A program made the position numbers and the translations under genes. The notes beneath the pieces were generated by a model. The model was given only the letters and a program-made list of their open reading frames with translations. It was not told the origin of the DNA and made no database searches. From the IMG/VR virus record IMGVR_UViG_3300020727_000063, positions 1 to 28,755 of that record: a DNA stretch of 28,755 nt; one strand, 5' to 3'. The stretch is from a virus. Lineage: Duplodnaviria > Caudoviricetes. Shown piece by piece: positions 12,928 to 21,399 of this stretch. Position 1 is the first letter of the stretch. Each line of letters opens with the position of its first letter.

Positions 12928-13773
12928 ATGCCATCAATTATTACTAGAGGCGCTATTTCTTCCAAAGCATTTGGTTTTGGATATTCTAAAAAATCGCCTC
13001 CTGTTATTACTTATTTAGTTGTAGCTGGTGGCGGTGGTGGCGGTCAAGCAGCCTTTTATCAAGCTGGCGGTGGTGGCGCTGGTGGATTGTTAACTAATAC
13101 AGCTACTTTTGCATTAGGAACAACATATACAGTTACAGTTGGTGCTGGTGGATCAGCAAATACTAAAGGTTCAAACTCAGTATTTTCAACAATTACTGCA
13201 ACTGGCGGTGGTTATGGTGGCGTTACTACAGTATCTACATCAGGTGGATCTGGTGGCTCTGGCGGTGGTGGTGGCGCAAATCCATCACAAACTGGTGGAA
13301 CAGGAACATCAGGGCAAGGAAACAATGGCGGTTCTGTAACTGGAGATTATCATGGCGCTGCTGGAGGCGGTGGTGCTGGCGCTGCTGGTTCTGCTGGCAC
13401 AAGTTCTGGTGGTGGTAATGGTGGTGTTGGTATATCCTCGTCAATTACTGGAACCGCTACTTATTATGCTGGTGGTGGTGGTGGTGGCGCATATAATGTT
13501 ACAGCAGGAACAGGGGGTAATGGCGGTGGAGGCGCAGGTGCTTCTACAGCCCCAGGTGGAAATGGAGTAAATGGAACTGCAAATACTGGCGGTGGTGGTG
13601 GCGGTTCTGCAAATGGTGGTGGAAGTGGCGGATTAGGTGGCACAGGTGGTTCAGGTGTTGTTATTTTAAGCACAACATCAACTGCTGTTTCTACTACAGG
13701 CTCTCCAATCATTACAAATGTTGGTGGATATAATATTTATACCTTTACTTCTTCTGGCTCTATTACTTTTTAA
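12928..13773 (+). CDS. Glycine-rich virion protein
   Basis: YLVVAGGGGGG, YYAGGGGGG, GTANTGGGGGG, GGSGVVIL and YTFTSSGSITF motifs of a common phage glycine-rich domain. Confidence 0.75.
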   Translation: MPSIITRGAISSKAFGFGYSKKSPPVITYLVVAGGGGGGQAAFYQAGGGGAGGLLTNTATFALGTTYTVTVGAGGSANTKGSNSVFSTITATGGGYGGVTTVSTSGGSGGSGGGGGANPSQTGGTGTSGQGNNGGSVTGDYHGAAGGGGAGAAGSAGTSSGGGNGGVGISSSITGTATYYAGGGGGGAYNVTAGTGGNGGGGAGASTAPGGNGVNGTANTGGGGGGSANGGGSGGLGGTGGSGVVILSTTSTAVSTTGSPIITNVGGYNIYTFTSSGSITF

Positions 13774-13781
13774 GGATAAAA

Positions 13782-14165
13782 ATGAGTCATTTTGCCAAAG
13801 TAATTAACGGAATAGTTACGGAAGTAATTGTTGCAGACCAAGATTTTATTAATAGTGGAGCAGTTGGCCTTGCATCAGAATGGATACAAACTTCTTACAA
13901 TACCAGAGGTGGCAAACATTATGACCCAACAACAGGAAAAGAAAATACTTCTGCACAAAATCCAGCATTAAGAGCTAATTATGCTGGAATTGGTTATATA
14001 TATGATGCAAAAAATGATGTATTTTATGCGCCTCAACCATATCCTTCTTGGACTATATCTGCTCCAAATTGGACTTGGATGCCACCTGTACCATTTGCCA
14101 CAGATGGAAAAACATATCTATGGAATGAAACAGCAAAATCTTGGGATGTCGTAAATGCAAACTAA
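13782..14165 (+). CDS. Conserved phage hypothetical protein, fibre-associated
   Basis: MSHFAKV..., WIQTSYN, LRANYAGIGYIYD and PQPYPSW. SD AAGGA. Confidence 0.7.
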   Translation: MSHFAKVINGIVTEVIVADQDFINSGAVGLASEWIQTSYNTRGGKHYDPTTGKENTSAQNPALRANYAGIGYIYDAKNDVFYAPQPYPSWTISAPNWTWMPPVPFATDGKTYLWNETAKSWDVVNAN

Positions 14166-14472
14166 TTGGAAAATAACTAATATTGTTTTTAACGATAATA
14201 CGTTAATTTCAGCGCATTATTTTGCATCATTATCTGATGATAAAAACACAGTAGAAACACAAGGCGAATGGAAATTTTTAGAGCCTCGTAACAAAGTTCC
14301 ATTTAATGAGCTAGAAGAACGCTACATTATCCAATGGATCGAAGAAGAAGCTAGTAAAGATGGCTCAAATATCATAAAATCTAACCTAGAACAGCAATTG
14401 CAAGCATTAAATAGCGAAAAAAGCATTTTGCCGTGGGTTAAACCAACCTTTAAACCAAATATAGGACTATAA
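14155..14472 (+). CDS. Hypothetical protein, possible fibre assembly factor
   Basis: 105 aa overlapping the previous stop. VPFNELEE..IIQWI and LPW motifs. Confidence 0.6.
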   Translation: MQTNWKITNIVFNDNTLISAHYFASLSDDKNTVETQGEWKFLEPRNKVPFNELEERYIIQWIEEEASKDGSNIIKSNLEQQLQALNSEKSILPWVKPTFKPNIGL

Positions 14473-14474
14473 CC

Positions 14475-15458
14475 ATGTCATCAACTATTAATGCTTCTTC
14501 TGCTGGTATTGTCGAAACAGCCGATTCTAGCGGTACTTTACAGTTACAAACAGGCGGTCAAACAGGCGTTTATATTGATGCCTCGCAAAACGTCACAATT
14601 CCTAAAAATCTGACAATTAGCGGAACTTTAACATATTCAGGTGGGGCTGGCGTTACAAGCATTTCAGGCGGTTCTACAGGTTTAACATACGGCTCAGGTA
14701 CAGGAACAGTTACTACTGCTGGAACATTACTGTATTCAAGCGGTGGTACAGGTTTAACTGGATCAGGTTCAAGCGGCAATTTATTAGTATCTACAGGGTC
14801 AGGATGGACTTCATCTAGTTTAGCAACTGCTGGTATTGCGCCTGCTACAGGAAGTTCAGTTTATGCACCTTTAGCTAGTCCTGCATTAACAGGTACAGTT
14901 ACAGTAGCTTCTCATCTTTATGTAACAGCTACACCTTCTTCTAGCGGTTCTGCATTTTATTCTCAAGCAAACTCATCAGGAATATCAGTTGCAGGAACTT
15001 TTGATTGTCAATATACAGGCGGTGTAGCCCTTGATTGTTTAGTGGCAAATACATCAAGTTATTTAACTGTATTTAGTTACGGAACAGTAGGAAGCGCATC
15101 ACCTGTAGGTTCAATTACAACTAATGGCACATCTACAACTTACGGTACATCGTCAGATCGCAGACTTAAATCTAATATTGTTTCATTAACTGATGCTAGT
15201 AGTAAAATTGATGCGTTGCAACCAAGAACATTTACTTGGAATTCAACAAGTCAAACAGATATTGGCTTTATTGCTGACGAAATTCAGTCAATTTTGCCTA
15301 ACTCAGTTCATGGTCAAGCTAATGCTGTTGATGCTGATAATAACCCTAAGTATCAGATGGTTGATGTTTCTACTCCAGAAATGATTGCTTTAATGGTTTG
15401 TGAACTTCAATCTCTACGCAAACGAGTTGCAGCATTAGAAGCTAAAGTTGGGATTTAA
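14475..15458 (+). CDS. Tail fibre with C-terminal intramolecular chaperone (peptidase S74-like)
   Basis: YAPLASPALTG fibre motif, TSSDRRLKSNI autocleavage motif, IGFIADEIQ, and a terminal coiled coil LQSLRKRVAALEAK. Confidence 0.85.
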   Translation: MSSTINASSAGIVETADSSGTLQLQTGGQTGVYIDASQNVTIPKNLTISGTLTYSGGAGVTSISGGSTGLTYGSGTGTVTTAGTLLYSSGGTGLTGSGSSGNLLVSTGSGWTSSSLATAGIAPATGSSVYAPLASPALTGTVTVASHLYVTATPSSSGSAFYSQANSSGISVAGTFDCQYTGGVALDCLVANTSSYLTVFSYGTVGSASPVGSITTNGTSTTYGTSSDRRLKSNIVSLTDASSKIDALQPRTFTWNSTSQTDIGFIADEIQSILPNSVHGQANAVDADNNPKYQMVDVSTPEMIALMVCELQSLRKRVAALEAKVGI

Positions 15459-15460
15459 TT

Positions 15461-16432
15461 ATGGCTAAAGCCCTAGACATTATTAGTCGTGCGCTAAAAG
15501 ACATTGGCGCATTAGAAGCTGGTGAAAGCCCATCTGCTGATGCTGTTCAAGATGCTTTTGATATGCTCAACGATATGGTTGGGCAATGGTCTAATGAAGA
15601 TATGATGGTTTTCTATAAAAATGAAATTATCTTCCCTATAACTCCAGGTCAAACTCAATATACTATTGGCCCAGGAGGTCAAGTGGGATGTAGTTTTGTA
15701 GGCTCAATTGCAGGCAATATTTTAACTATTACTGCAATTAATTCAGGTGGTATATCAATAGGTCAAACTATTACAGGGTTAGGCGTAACTGCTGGCACTA
15801 AGATTGTTCAGTTTTTAACAGGTGCAGGTGGCAACGTAAACGAAGTAGGAACATATCTAGTTAATATTCCACAGAGCTTATCTAGTTTGACGTTTACAGG
15901 CTACTATCAACGCCCATTAACCATTAATTCAGCGTTTGTGCGTATCAATACAAACTCTAATGGCATACCTATTGTTAATGGTGGTTTAGATTATCCAATT
16001 TCAATCTTAAACGTAGAAGATTACCAAATGATTGGTTTAAAGACTTTAAATGGGCCGTGGCCTAAAGCTCTTTACTACCAACCTACAGAAACACTAGGTA
16101 ACATCTTTGTATGGCCTAATCCATCGCAAGGCGAAATGCACATATTTGCTGATAATATTTTTAGCGAATTTACTACCATTTACGATGATATTAACTTGCC
16201 ACAAGGCTATACAATGGCACTTAGGTGGTGTTTAGCAGAACGTTTAATGCCTATGTATGGCAAGGCTTCAGCAACACAAATAACAATGATTAATGGCTTT
16301 GCAGCACAAGCTAAAGCAACAGTTAAACGCACTAATATGCGCCCAGTTCAATCTGCTCGTTTTGCTGATGCTATGTTAGCTTCACGCCAACGTGATGCGG
16401 GCTGGATTTTGAGTGGGGGTTTCTTTAGATAG
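15461..16432 (+). CDS. Head-to-tail adaptor, P22 gp4-like, with an inserted beta domain
   Basis: DIISRALKDIGAL..DAFDMLNDMVGQW N-terminus and LPQGYTMALRWCLAERLMPMYG C-terminus. Lies upstream of the gp10-like gene. Confidence 0.7.
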   Translation: MAKALDIISRALKDIGALEAGESPSADAVQDAFDMLNDMVGQWSNEDMMVFYKNEIIFPITPGQTQYTIGPGGQVGCSFVGSIAGNILTITAINSGGISIGQTITGLGVTAGTKIVQFLTGAGGNVNEVGTYLVNIPQSLSSLTFTGYYQRPLTINSAFVRINTNSNGIPIVNGGLDYPISILNVEDYQMIGLKTLNGPWPKALYYQPTETLGNIFVWPNPSQGEMHIFADNIFSEFTTIYDDINLPQGYTMALRWCLAERLMPMYGKASATQITMINGFAAQAKATVKRTNMRPVQSARFADAMLASRQRDAGWILSGGFFR

Positions 16433-16450
16433 AGGATTTGTTCGATAGTG

Positions 16451-16487
16451 TGATATAATAAAGATTCTAACAAAGGAGTCTTATCAT
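16451..16487 (+). promoter_or_regulatory. Extended -10 promoter plus RBS-sequestering hairpin upstream of the HNH gene
   Basis: TGaTATAAT at 16451-16459. Stem AAGATTCT (16461-16468) pairs with GGAGTCTT (16475-16482) and covers the SD AAGGAG (16473-16478). Confidence 0.65.
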
Positions 16488-17094
16488 AAAAACACTAGCA
16501 GAACTAAAAGCAGAAAAATTAGAAGTAAACAAAGCAATAAAAAGATTAAAAGATAACGAAGCATACGCAAGAAAAGTAAACAGAGAAATAGGTGCGCCAG
16601 GAAAACCAGCAAACACTCCTGAAGTTTTATGGAGCAAAGTTGATAAACGTAGCGAAAATGAATGTTGGAATTGGAAAGGTTTTATAAATCATGATGGTTA
16701 TGGAAGGACTTGGATTAATGACAAAGGCTACTATGCTCACAGAGTCATTTATTCGCTTGCTTATCCAAACACAATTAACCTTAGTGCGCCTAAATTTACA
16801 GATAATTCAGGATTTCTTTTACACACTTGCGACAACCCTTCTTGTTGCAATCCAAAACATTTATGGGTCGGCACTCATGCTGACAATATGGCTGATAAAG
16901 TTGCTAAAGGTAGACAAAAAAGATTTCCACAAGATTCTGGCCCACGTTGCAAACTTACAATGGATCAAGCTAGAGAAGTTCGAAAACTTAGGAAAAATGG
17001 CATGACTGTTCCACAATTAATGGAAAAATTTGAATTAAGTCGTGCAAGCATAAAAACCTTGTTGCGTGGTGATTCATACAAGGAAAGCGAGTAA
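16486..17094 (+). CDS. Free-standing HNH homing endonuclease, about 202 aa, probable ATA start (ORF track gives only the last 68 aa)
   Basis: Frame is open from 16471: ...LWSKVDKRSENECWNWKG..DGYGRTW..YYAHRVIY..LLHTCDNPSCCNPKHLWVGTHADNMADKVAKGR, then an HTH-like KLTMDQAREVR..SRASIKTLLRG. There is no in-frame ATG/GTG/TTG before 16888. ATA lies 7 nt after AAGGAG. Confidence 0.85.
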   Translation: MKTLAELKAEKLEVNKAIKRLKDNEAYARKVNREIGAPGKPANTPEVLWSKVDKRSENECWNWKGFINHDGYGRTWINDKGYYAHRVIYSLAYPNTINLSAPKFTDNSGFLLHTCDNPSCCNPKHLWVGTHADNMADKVAKGRQKRFPQDSGPRCKLTMDQAREVRKLRKNGMTVPQLMEKFELSRASIKTLLRGDSYKESE

Positions 17095-17096
17095 CT

Positions 17097-19493
17097 ATGC
17101 CAGATTTTGGCTTTGTCGGAGCAAGTTATGAAGCGCCATCTTTGTATCAAGACAGCCAAGAGTGTATTAACTGGCGGCCTGAAGTTGACCCAACTAAAGC
17201 TCAAGGTTCAAGAGGCGTTGTTGCTTTTTATCCTACTCCTGGCCTCACTTCAATTGTAGTTTTATCAGCACAATCCCCTGTTAGGGGAATGAGAACATTA
17301 GCTGGTGGCACATACATGGTCGCAGTTTGCGGTCAGTATGTCTATGCAATGGATTCTTCTTATGTGCCTTATGTAATCGGTATTTTAAATAGCGGTACAG
17401 GTCAAGTAGGCATTACTGATAACGGTATTAACGTTTATATTGTTGACGGAACTTATCGTTATACATGGCGCATATCAACTCCTGATGCTTGTTCATTTAC
17501 AGGCACAATTTCAGGAACTACTCTAACTGTTTCTCAAGTCAGAGAAGGAACAATTAAAGTAGGACAGTCTTTATATGGCATAGGAATAGGCTTAGAAACG
17601 GTTATTACTAGCTTTGGCTCAGGATCAGGCGGTGTAGGCACATATAACATTAATACCTCATACACCATAGCAACAGCTCAGCTTTTAAACACTAATGGCG
17701 GTGGCGCAATATTTACAGGTTCTATTGGAACAACGTCTTTGACTGTTACAGCCGTAACAAGTGGTGTTTTATACCCAGGTCAAACAATCGTAGGCACAGG
17801 GGTTACCCCTAATACTATTATTACCGCTTTAGGCTCTGGCACAGTATTAAGTCAAACCATTGCAAGCGGTGGTACAGGATACGCTTTAAATGACCTTATA
17901 ACGGTTTTGGGCGGTGTTTATGGAAGTAGCCCAGCTACATACAAAGTAACAGCAATAACGACAGGTGGCGTGGTTTCAGGGCTTTCTATGACGTTTGCTG
18001 GTGCTTATACATCTGTTCCTTTAAATCCTGCATCTACAAGCACAAATGGTGCTGGCACAGGGTTAACCCTAACGCTTACAACAGGCACAGGTACAGGCAA
18101 TACAGGTAACTATCTTATTAATTTTAGTCAAACTGTTTCGTCTGAAACAATGTATGCCGTTCAGTTTTCAGTATTACCTAGCTCTGACGGTGCTTTTGCT
18201 GGTGGAACAACTGTAGATACAGTAGATAATTACTTTGTTTATAACGATCCTAATACTCAACAATGGGCAGCTTCTAATCTTCTTAGCCCAATTACTTATG
18301 GTTTAAGTTATGCAAGCAAGTTTACTGGGCCTGATAATTTAGTATCTTTAATTACAGATCATGGTCAAGTCTATCTATTGGGTGAAAATACTTCAGAAGT
18401 ATGGTCTGATGTAGGTACATTTCCATTTCCGTTTCAAAGAATTCCAGGATCATCAAGTCAACATGGTATAGCCGCTAAGTTTTCGATGGCTCGTTTAGGC
18501 AATTCTTTTGCTTATTTAGCTAAAAACAATCGTGGGCAGTCAGAAGTTGTAATGATGAACGGCTATTTTCCACAAAGAATATCAACTCATGCTGTAGAAA
18601 ACACATTAGTCAACCAATATGTTGAAGATGCTGTAGCTTATACCTATCAGCTTGAAGGTCACGAAGTCTATGTGCTTTCATTCCCTACAATTGATTTAAC
18701 ATGGGCTTATGACGTTACTACACAACTTTGGCACAAATGGCTATATGTCGATACAAACAATATCTATCACCGCCATCGTTCTAATTGCGCTACTGTATTT
18801 AACGATGTTGTATTAGTTGGCGATTGGGAAAATGGTCATATTTATCAATTAGACCCTACAAACTATACTGATAATGGTGATGAAATCCGCAGATTGCGTA
18901 GAGCACCTCATTTAGTTACAGACTTACAACGTCAGTATTTTGATGAATTTCAGATTCAATTTCAGCCTGGAGTCGGTTTATCAGGTGTAGCTCCTAGCTC
19001 TGGTAGTAGCTCAATTTCAACAACAACAGGTGTACCTGCGCCTGTTTATGTAAATACATCAACAAATACATATCAGCCATCGCCTTATACAATAACGGCA
19101 GGAACAACAGTAACCGTTGCTTATGGCAATACATTGACTGTTTACCCACCAACTCCAGGTCAAACAACTTACGTTCAATCGCCTTATATTATTAGCCCAG
19201 GAAGCATTATTTCAGTTACACCTAATAATGTATTAATTGTTCAACCAGGCAGCGTAGTAGTGCCTTTTGACACTACCAATCCACAAGCTATGCTACGTTG
19301 GTCAAATGATGGTGGCTCAACTTGGAGTAATGAACATTGGACAGGCATTGGCAGAATTGGTAAATATACTAATCGTGCAATGTGGCGCAGACTTGGCTGG
19401 TCAAGGGATCGTATTTTTGAAGTAGTGGTTACTGATCCTGTTAAAGCAGTAATCGTATCTGCCAATCTTAAAGCATCAAGTGGGGAAAACTAA
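17097..19493 (+). CDS. Packaged-DNA stabilisation / tail hub protein, P22 gp10-like
   Basis: MPDFGFVGASY, FYPTPGL, TFPFPFQRIPG, RISTHAVE, YTYQLEGHEVYVL, TWAYDVTTQLWH and MLRWSNDGGSTWS..WRRLG..RDRIFEV. Enlarged by low-complexity insertions. Confidence 0.85.
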   Translation: MPDFGFVGASYEAPSLYQDSQECINWRPEVDPTKAQGSRGVVAFYPTPGLTSIVVLSAQSPVRGMRTLAGGTYMVAVCGQYVYAMDSSYVPYVIGILNSGTGQVGITDNGINVYIVDGTYRYTWRISTPDACSFTGTISGTTLTVSQVREGTIKVGQSLYGIGIGLETVITSFGSGSGGVGTYNINTSYTIATAQLLNTNGGGAIFTGSIGTTSLTVTAVTSGVLYPGQTIVGTGVTPNTIITALGSGTVLSQTIASGGTGYALNDLITVLGGVYGSSPATYKVTAITTGGVVSGLSMTFAGAYTSVPLNPASTSTNGAGTGLTLTLTTGTGTGNTGNYLINFSQTVSSETMYAVQFSVLPSSDGAFAGGTTVDTVDNYFVYNDPNTQQWAASNLLSPITYGLSYASKFTGPDNLVSLITDHGQVYLLGENTSEVWSDVGTFPFPFQRIPGSSSQHGIAAKFSMARLGNSFAYLAKNNRGQSEVVMMNGYFPQRISTHAVENTLVNQYVEDAVAYTYQLEGHEVYVLSFPTIDLTWAYDVTTQLWHKWLYVDTNNIYHRHRSNCATVFNDVVLVGDWENGHIYQLDPTNYTDNGDEIRRLRRAPHLVTDLQRQYFDEFQIQFQPGVGLSGVAPSSGSSSISTTTGVPAPVYVNTSTNTYQPSPYTITAGTTVTVAYGNTLTVYPPTPGQTTYVQSPYIISPGSIISVTPNNVLIVQPGSVVVPFDTTNPQAMLRWSNDGGSTWSNEHWTGIGRIGKYTNRAMWRRLGWSRDRIFEVVVTDPVKAVIVSANLKASSGEN

Positions 19494-19729
19494 TGGCTAA
19501 TGATATTTGGGGATCAACTCAGGGTAATCCCTATCCTGTAACCCCTTTAGTTGACGATCAGACAAAAATGCCTACAAGGGCATGGCAACAATGGTTTTTA
19601 AACTTATTAAACTTTAGCTCTGCTACTAACGCTACTAAAGGTACAGGTACTTTGCCTAGTAACCCGCAAGGTTTTATCAATATTACTGTTCAAGGTAAGC
19701 CTTATAAAGTGCCTTATTACAATGTCTAA
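19493..19729 (+). CDS. Hypothetical tail-associated protein
   Basis: 78 aa coupled to the upstream stop. PLVD...TRAWQQWF and GKPYKVPYY motifs. Confidence 0.65.
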   Translation: MANDIWGSTQGNPYPVTPLVDDQTKMPTRAWQQWFLNLLNFSSATNATKGTGTLPSNPQGFINITVQGKPYKVPYYNV

Positions 19730-20078
19730 TTTTTCAAAACAATTTAAAGAAATGGAAGGAAAATGGGCTTTTGACCCTAAAACTGTTCACCATTTCTCAT
19801 CGGGCGTATATGCAAAACAAATGTTTATGCCTAAAGGTTATGTAGCTTATAGTCATGCACACAACTATAATCATCTCAGCATATTGGCAAAAGGTCGTGT
19901 AATTGTTAAAACAGACGATTATAATAAAGAATATGTTGCGCCAGCTTGTTTAACTATAGAAGCAAATATCCATCATCAAATAGAGTCTTTGGAAGATTGC
20001 GTATGGTTTTGCATACACGCAACTGATGAAACTGATGAATCTAAAGTGGATGAGGTTTTAATTAAAAAACATGAGTAA
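19722..20078 (+). CDS. Cupin (RmlC-like) fold protein
   Basis: HHFSSGVYAKQM..SHAHNYNHLSILAKGRV..HHQIESLEDCVWFCIH, a His-rich cupin pattern. Confidence 0.7.
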   Translation: MSNFSKQFKEMEGKWAFDPKTVHHFSSGVYAKQMFMPKGYVAYSHAHNYNHLSILAKGRVIVKTDDYNKEYVAPACLTIEANIHHQIESLEDCVWFCIHATDETDESKVDEVLIKKHE

Positions 20079-20607
20079 TATTAAATTACTTTCTCAAAAT
20101 GCAAATGTAGCTCCTATTTATTGGGCTATTTTGCAACATCCAGAACTTTGGAACGAAAATACAGCAAGAACAGCAAGCGAATCTAGCCCTCATTATGGTT
20201 TAGACGATATTTGGCCTAGATTTGGCGAAATTGAATATGCAGATAATGGGCTTCCTCATGATTCTAAATGGTATCCATCTGCTGATATTTTAGGCATAAA
20301 ACCATTTGTTTATGATCTTTTTAGAGCGGTTGAAGGCGTTGAATTGGGTGGAGTATTGATTACTAGAATTCCTGCTGGTAAAAAATGCAAACCTCATGTA
20401 GACCCAGGATGGCACGCTAGAAGATATGAAAAATTTGGAGTTCAAATTACTAGCGCACCTGGTCAAAAATTTTGTTTTGATGAAGAAGAATTAGAAACCA
20501 AACCAGGAGATATTTTTTGGTTTGACAATCAATATACCCATTGGGTAGTTAATCCAACCCCATACGATAGAATTACTATGATCGTATGTATTCGTAAGGA
20601 GCAATAA
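20071..20607 (+). CDS. 2OG-Fe(II) oxygenase, aspartyl/asparaginyl beta-hydroxylase-like
   Basis: HxD motif (KPHVD), distal His in WFDNQYTHWVVN, and DRITMIV with the 2OG-binding Arg. Confidence 0.75.
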   Translation: MSNIKLLSQNANVAPIYWAILQHPELWNENTARTASESSPHYGLDDIWPRFGEIEYADNGLPHDSKWYPSADILGIKPFVYDLFRAVEGVELGGVLITRIPAGKKCKPHVDPGWHARRYEKFGVQITSAPGQKFCFDEEELETKPGDIFWFDNQYTHWVVNPTPYDRITMIVCIRKEQ

Positions 20608-20608
20608 T

Positions 20609-21397
20609 ATGCCATGGGCAGCCGCAGCAGCAGCAGCAGGAACAGTAGCAGGAGCTTATATATCTTCTCAAGGTCAGCAAAATGCTGCTAACACACAAGC
20701 TAATGCAGCACTTACACAACAAGGAAATATGCTTGCCGCTGGTCAGCAGGCATCGCAACAATTTACACCTTATGCCAATTATGGAACTACAGCATTAAAC
20801 AATTTAACTGGCAATAATGCGTATTTTAACAATCAATTTAGCAATGCTGACCTTAATTCTCAATTAGCTCCTAACTATGCTTTTGGATTGCAACAAGGTG
20901 AAAATACCACTAATGCTGCAAATAATGCAACAGGTGGCGCAGTAAGCGGAAATGCTTTGCAAGCTTTAAATACTTTTGGTCAAAACTATGCACAAAATGC
21001 TTATCAAGGCGCATTTACAAATTATCAAAATCAAAGAAACAATATAGCTACAATCAATAGCACTCAAGCTCAATTAGGTCTTGCAGGAGCTACAGGCTCT
21101 GCAAATGCACAGTTAGGAACGGCTACAAACATTGCAAACATTGGTATGCAAAACGCACAAAATCAAGCCGCTTCTCAAATTGCACAAGGAAATCTTGCTG
21201 GTAATGCAGTAAATTCATTGGGAAGCATTGGTTATGGATATGCAAATAACCAAAATATGCAAAATCAAATTCAATATCAGCAAGGTTTAAATAATATGGG
21301 TGGATATAATGCTGATCAAATAGCTCAAGGAGCAAGTCCAGGTGGCGCATTTACGCCTACCGCTGGCAATTCTTTTACTATTAATACAGGCGGTTAA
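20609..21397 (+). CDS. DNA ejection / pilot protein, P22 gp7-like
   Basis: Hydrophobic Ala-rich N-terminus (MPWAAAAAAAGTVAGAYIS), Q/N/A-rich body, PNYAFGLQQG and SGNALQAL motifs. SD AAGGAG. Confidence 0.7.
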   Translation: MPWAAAAAAAGTVAGAYISSQGQQNAANTQANAALTQQGNMLAAGQQASQQFTPYANYGTTALNNLTGNNAYFNNQFSNADLNSQLAPNYAFGLQQGENTTNAANNATGGAVSGNALQALNTFGQNYAQNAYQGAFTNYQNQRNNIATINSTQAQLGLAGATGSANAQLGTATNIANIGMQNAQNQAASQIAQGNLAGNAVNSLGSIGYGYANNQNMQNQIQYQQGLNNMGGYNADQIAQGASPGGAFTPTAGNSFTINTGG

Positions 21398-21399
21398 TT

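Noticed and set aside
13020-13660. GGT/GGC runs as a tandem repeat or contingency locus
   Set aside because: These are poly-Gly codons with mixed third positions in a conserved glycine-rich domain.
10347-15458. Diversity-generating retroelement or invertible fibre cassette
   Set aside because: No reverse transcriptase, invertase, near-identical TR/VR pair or flanking inverted repeats were seen in this window.
16691-17094. ORF-track calls 16691..17005 and 16888..17094 as separate genes
   Set aside because: The first is an off-frame shadow. The second is the C-terminal third of the HNH frame that is open from 16471.
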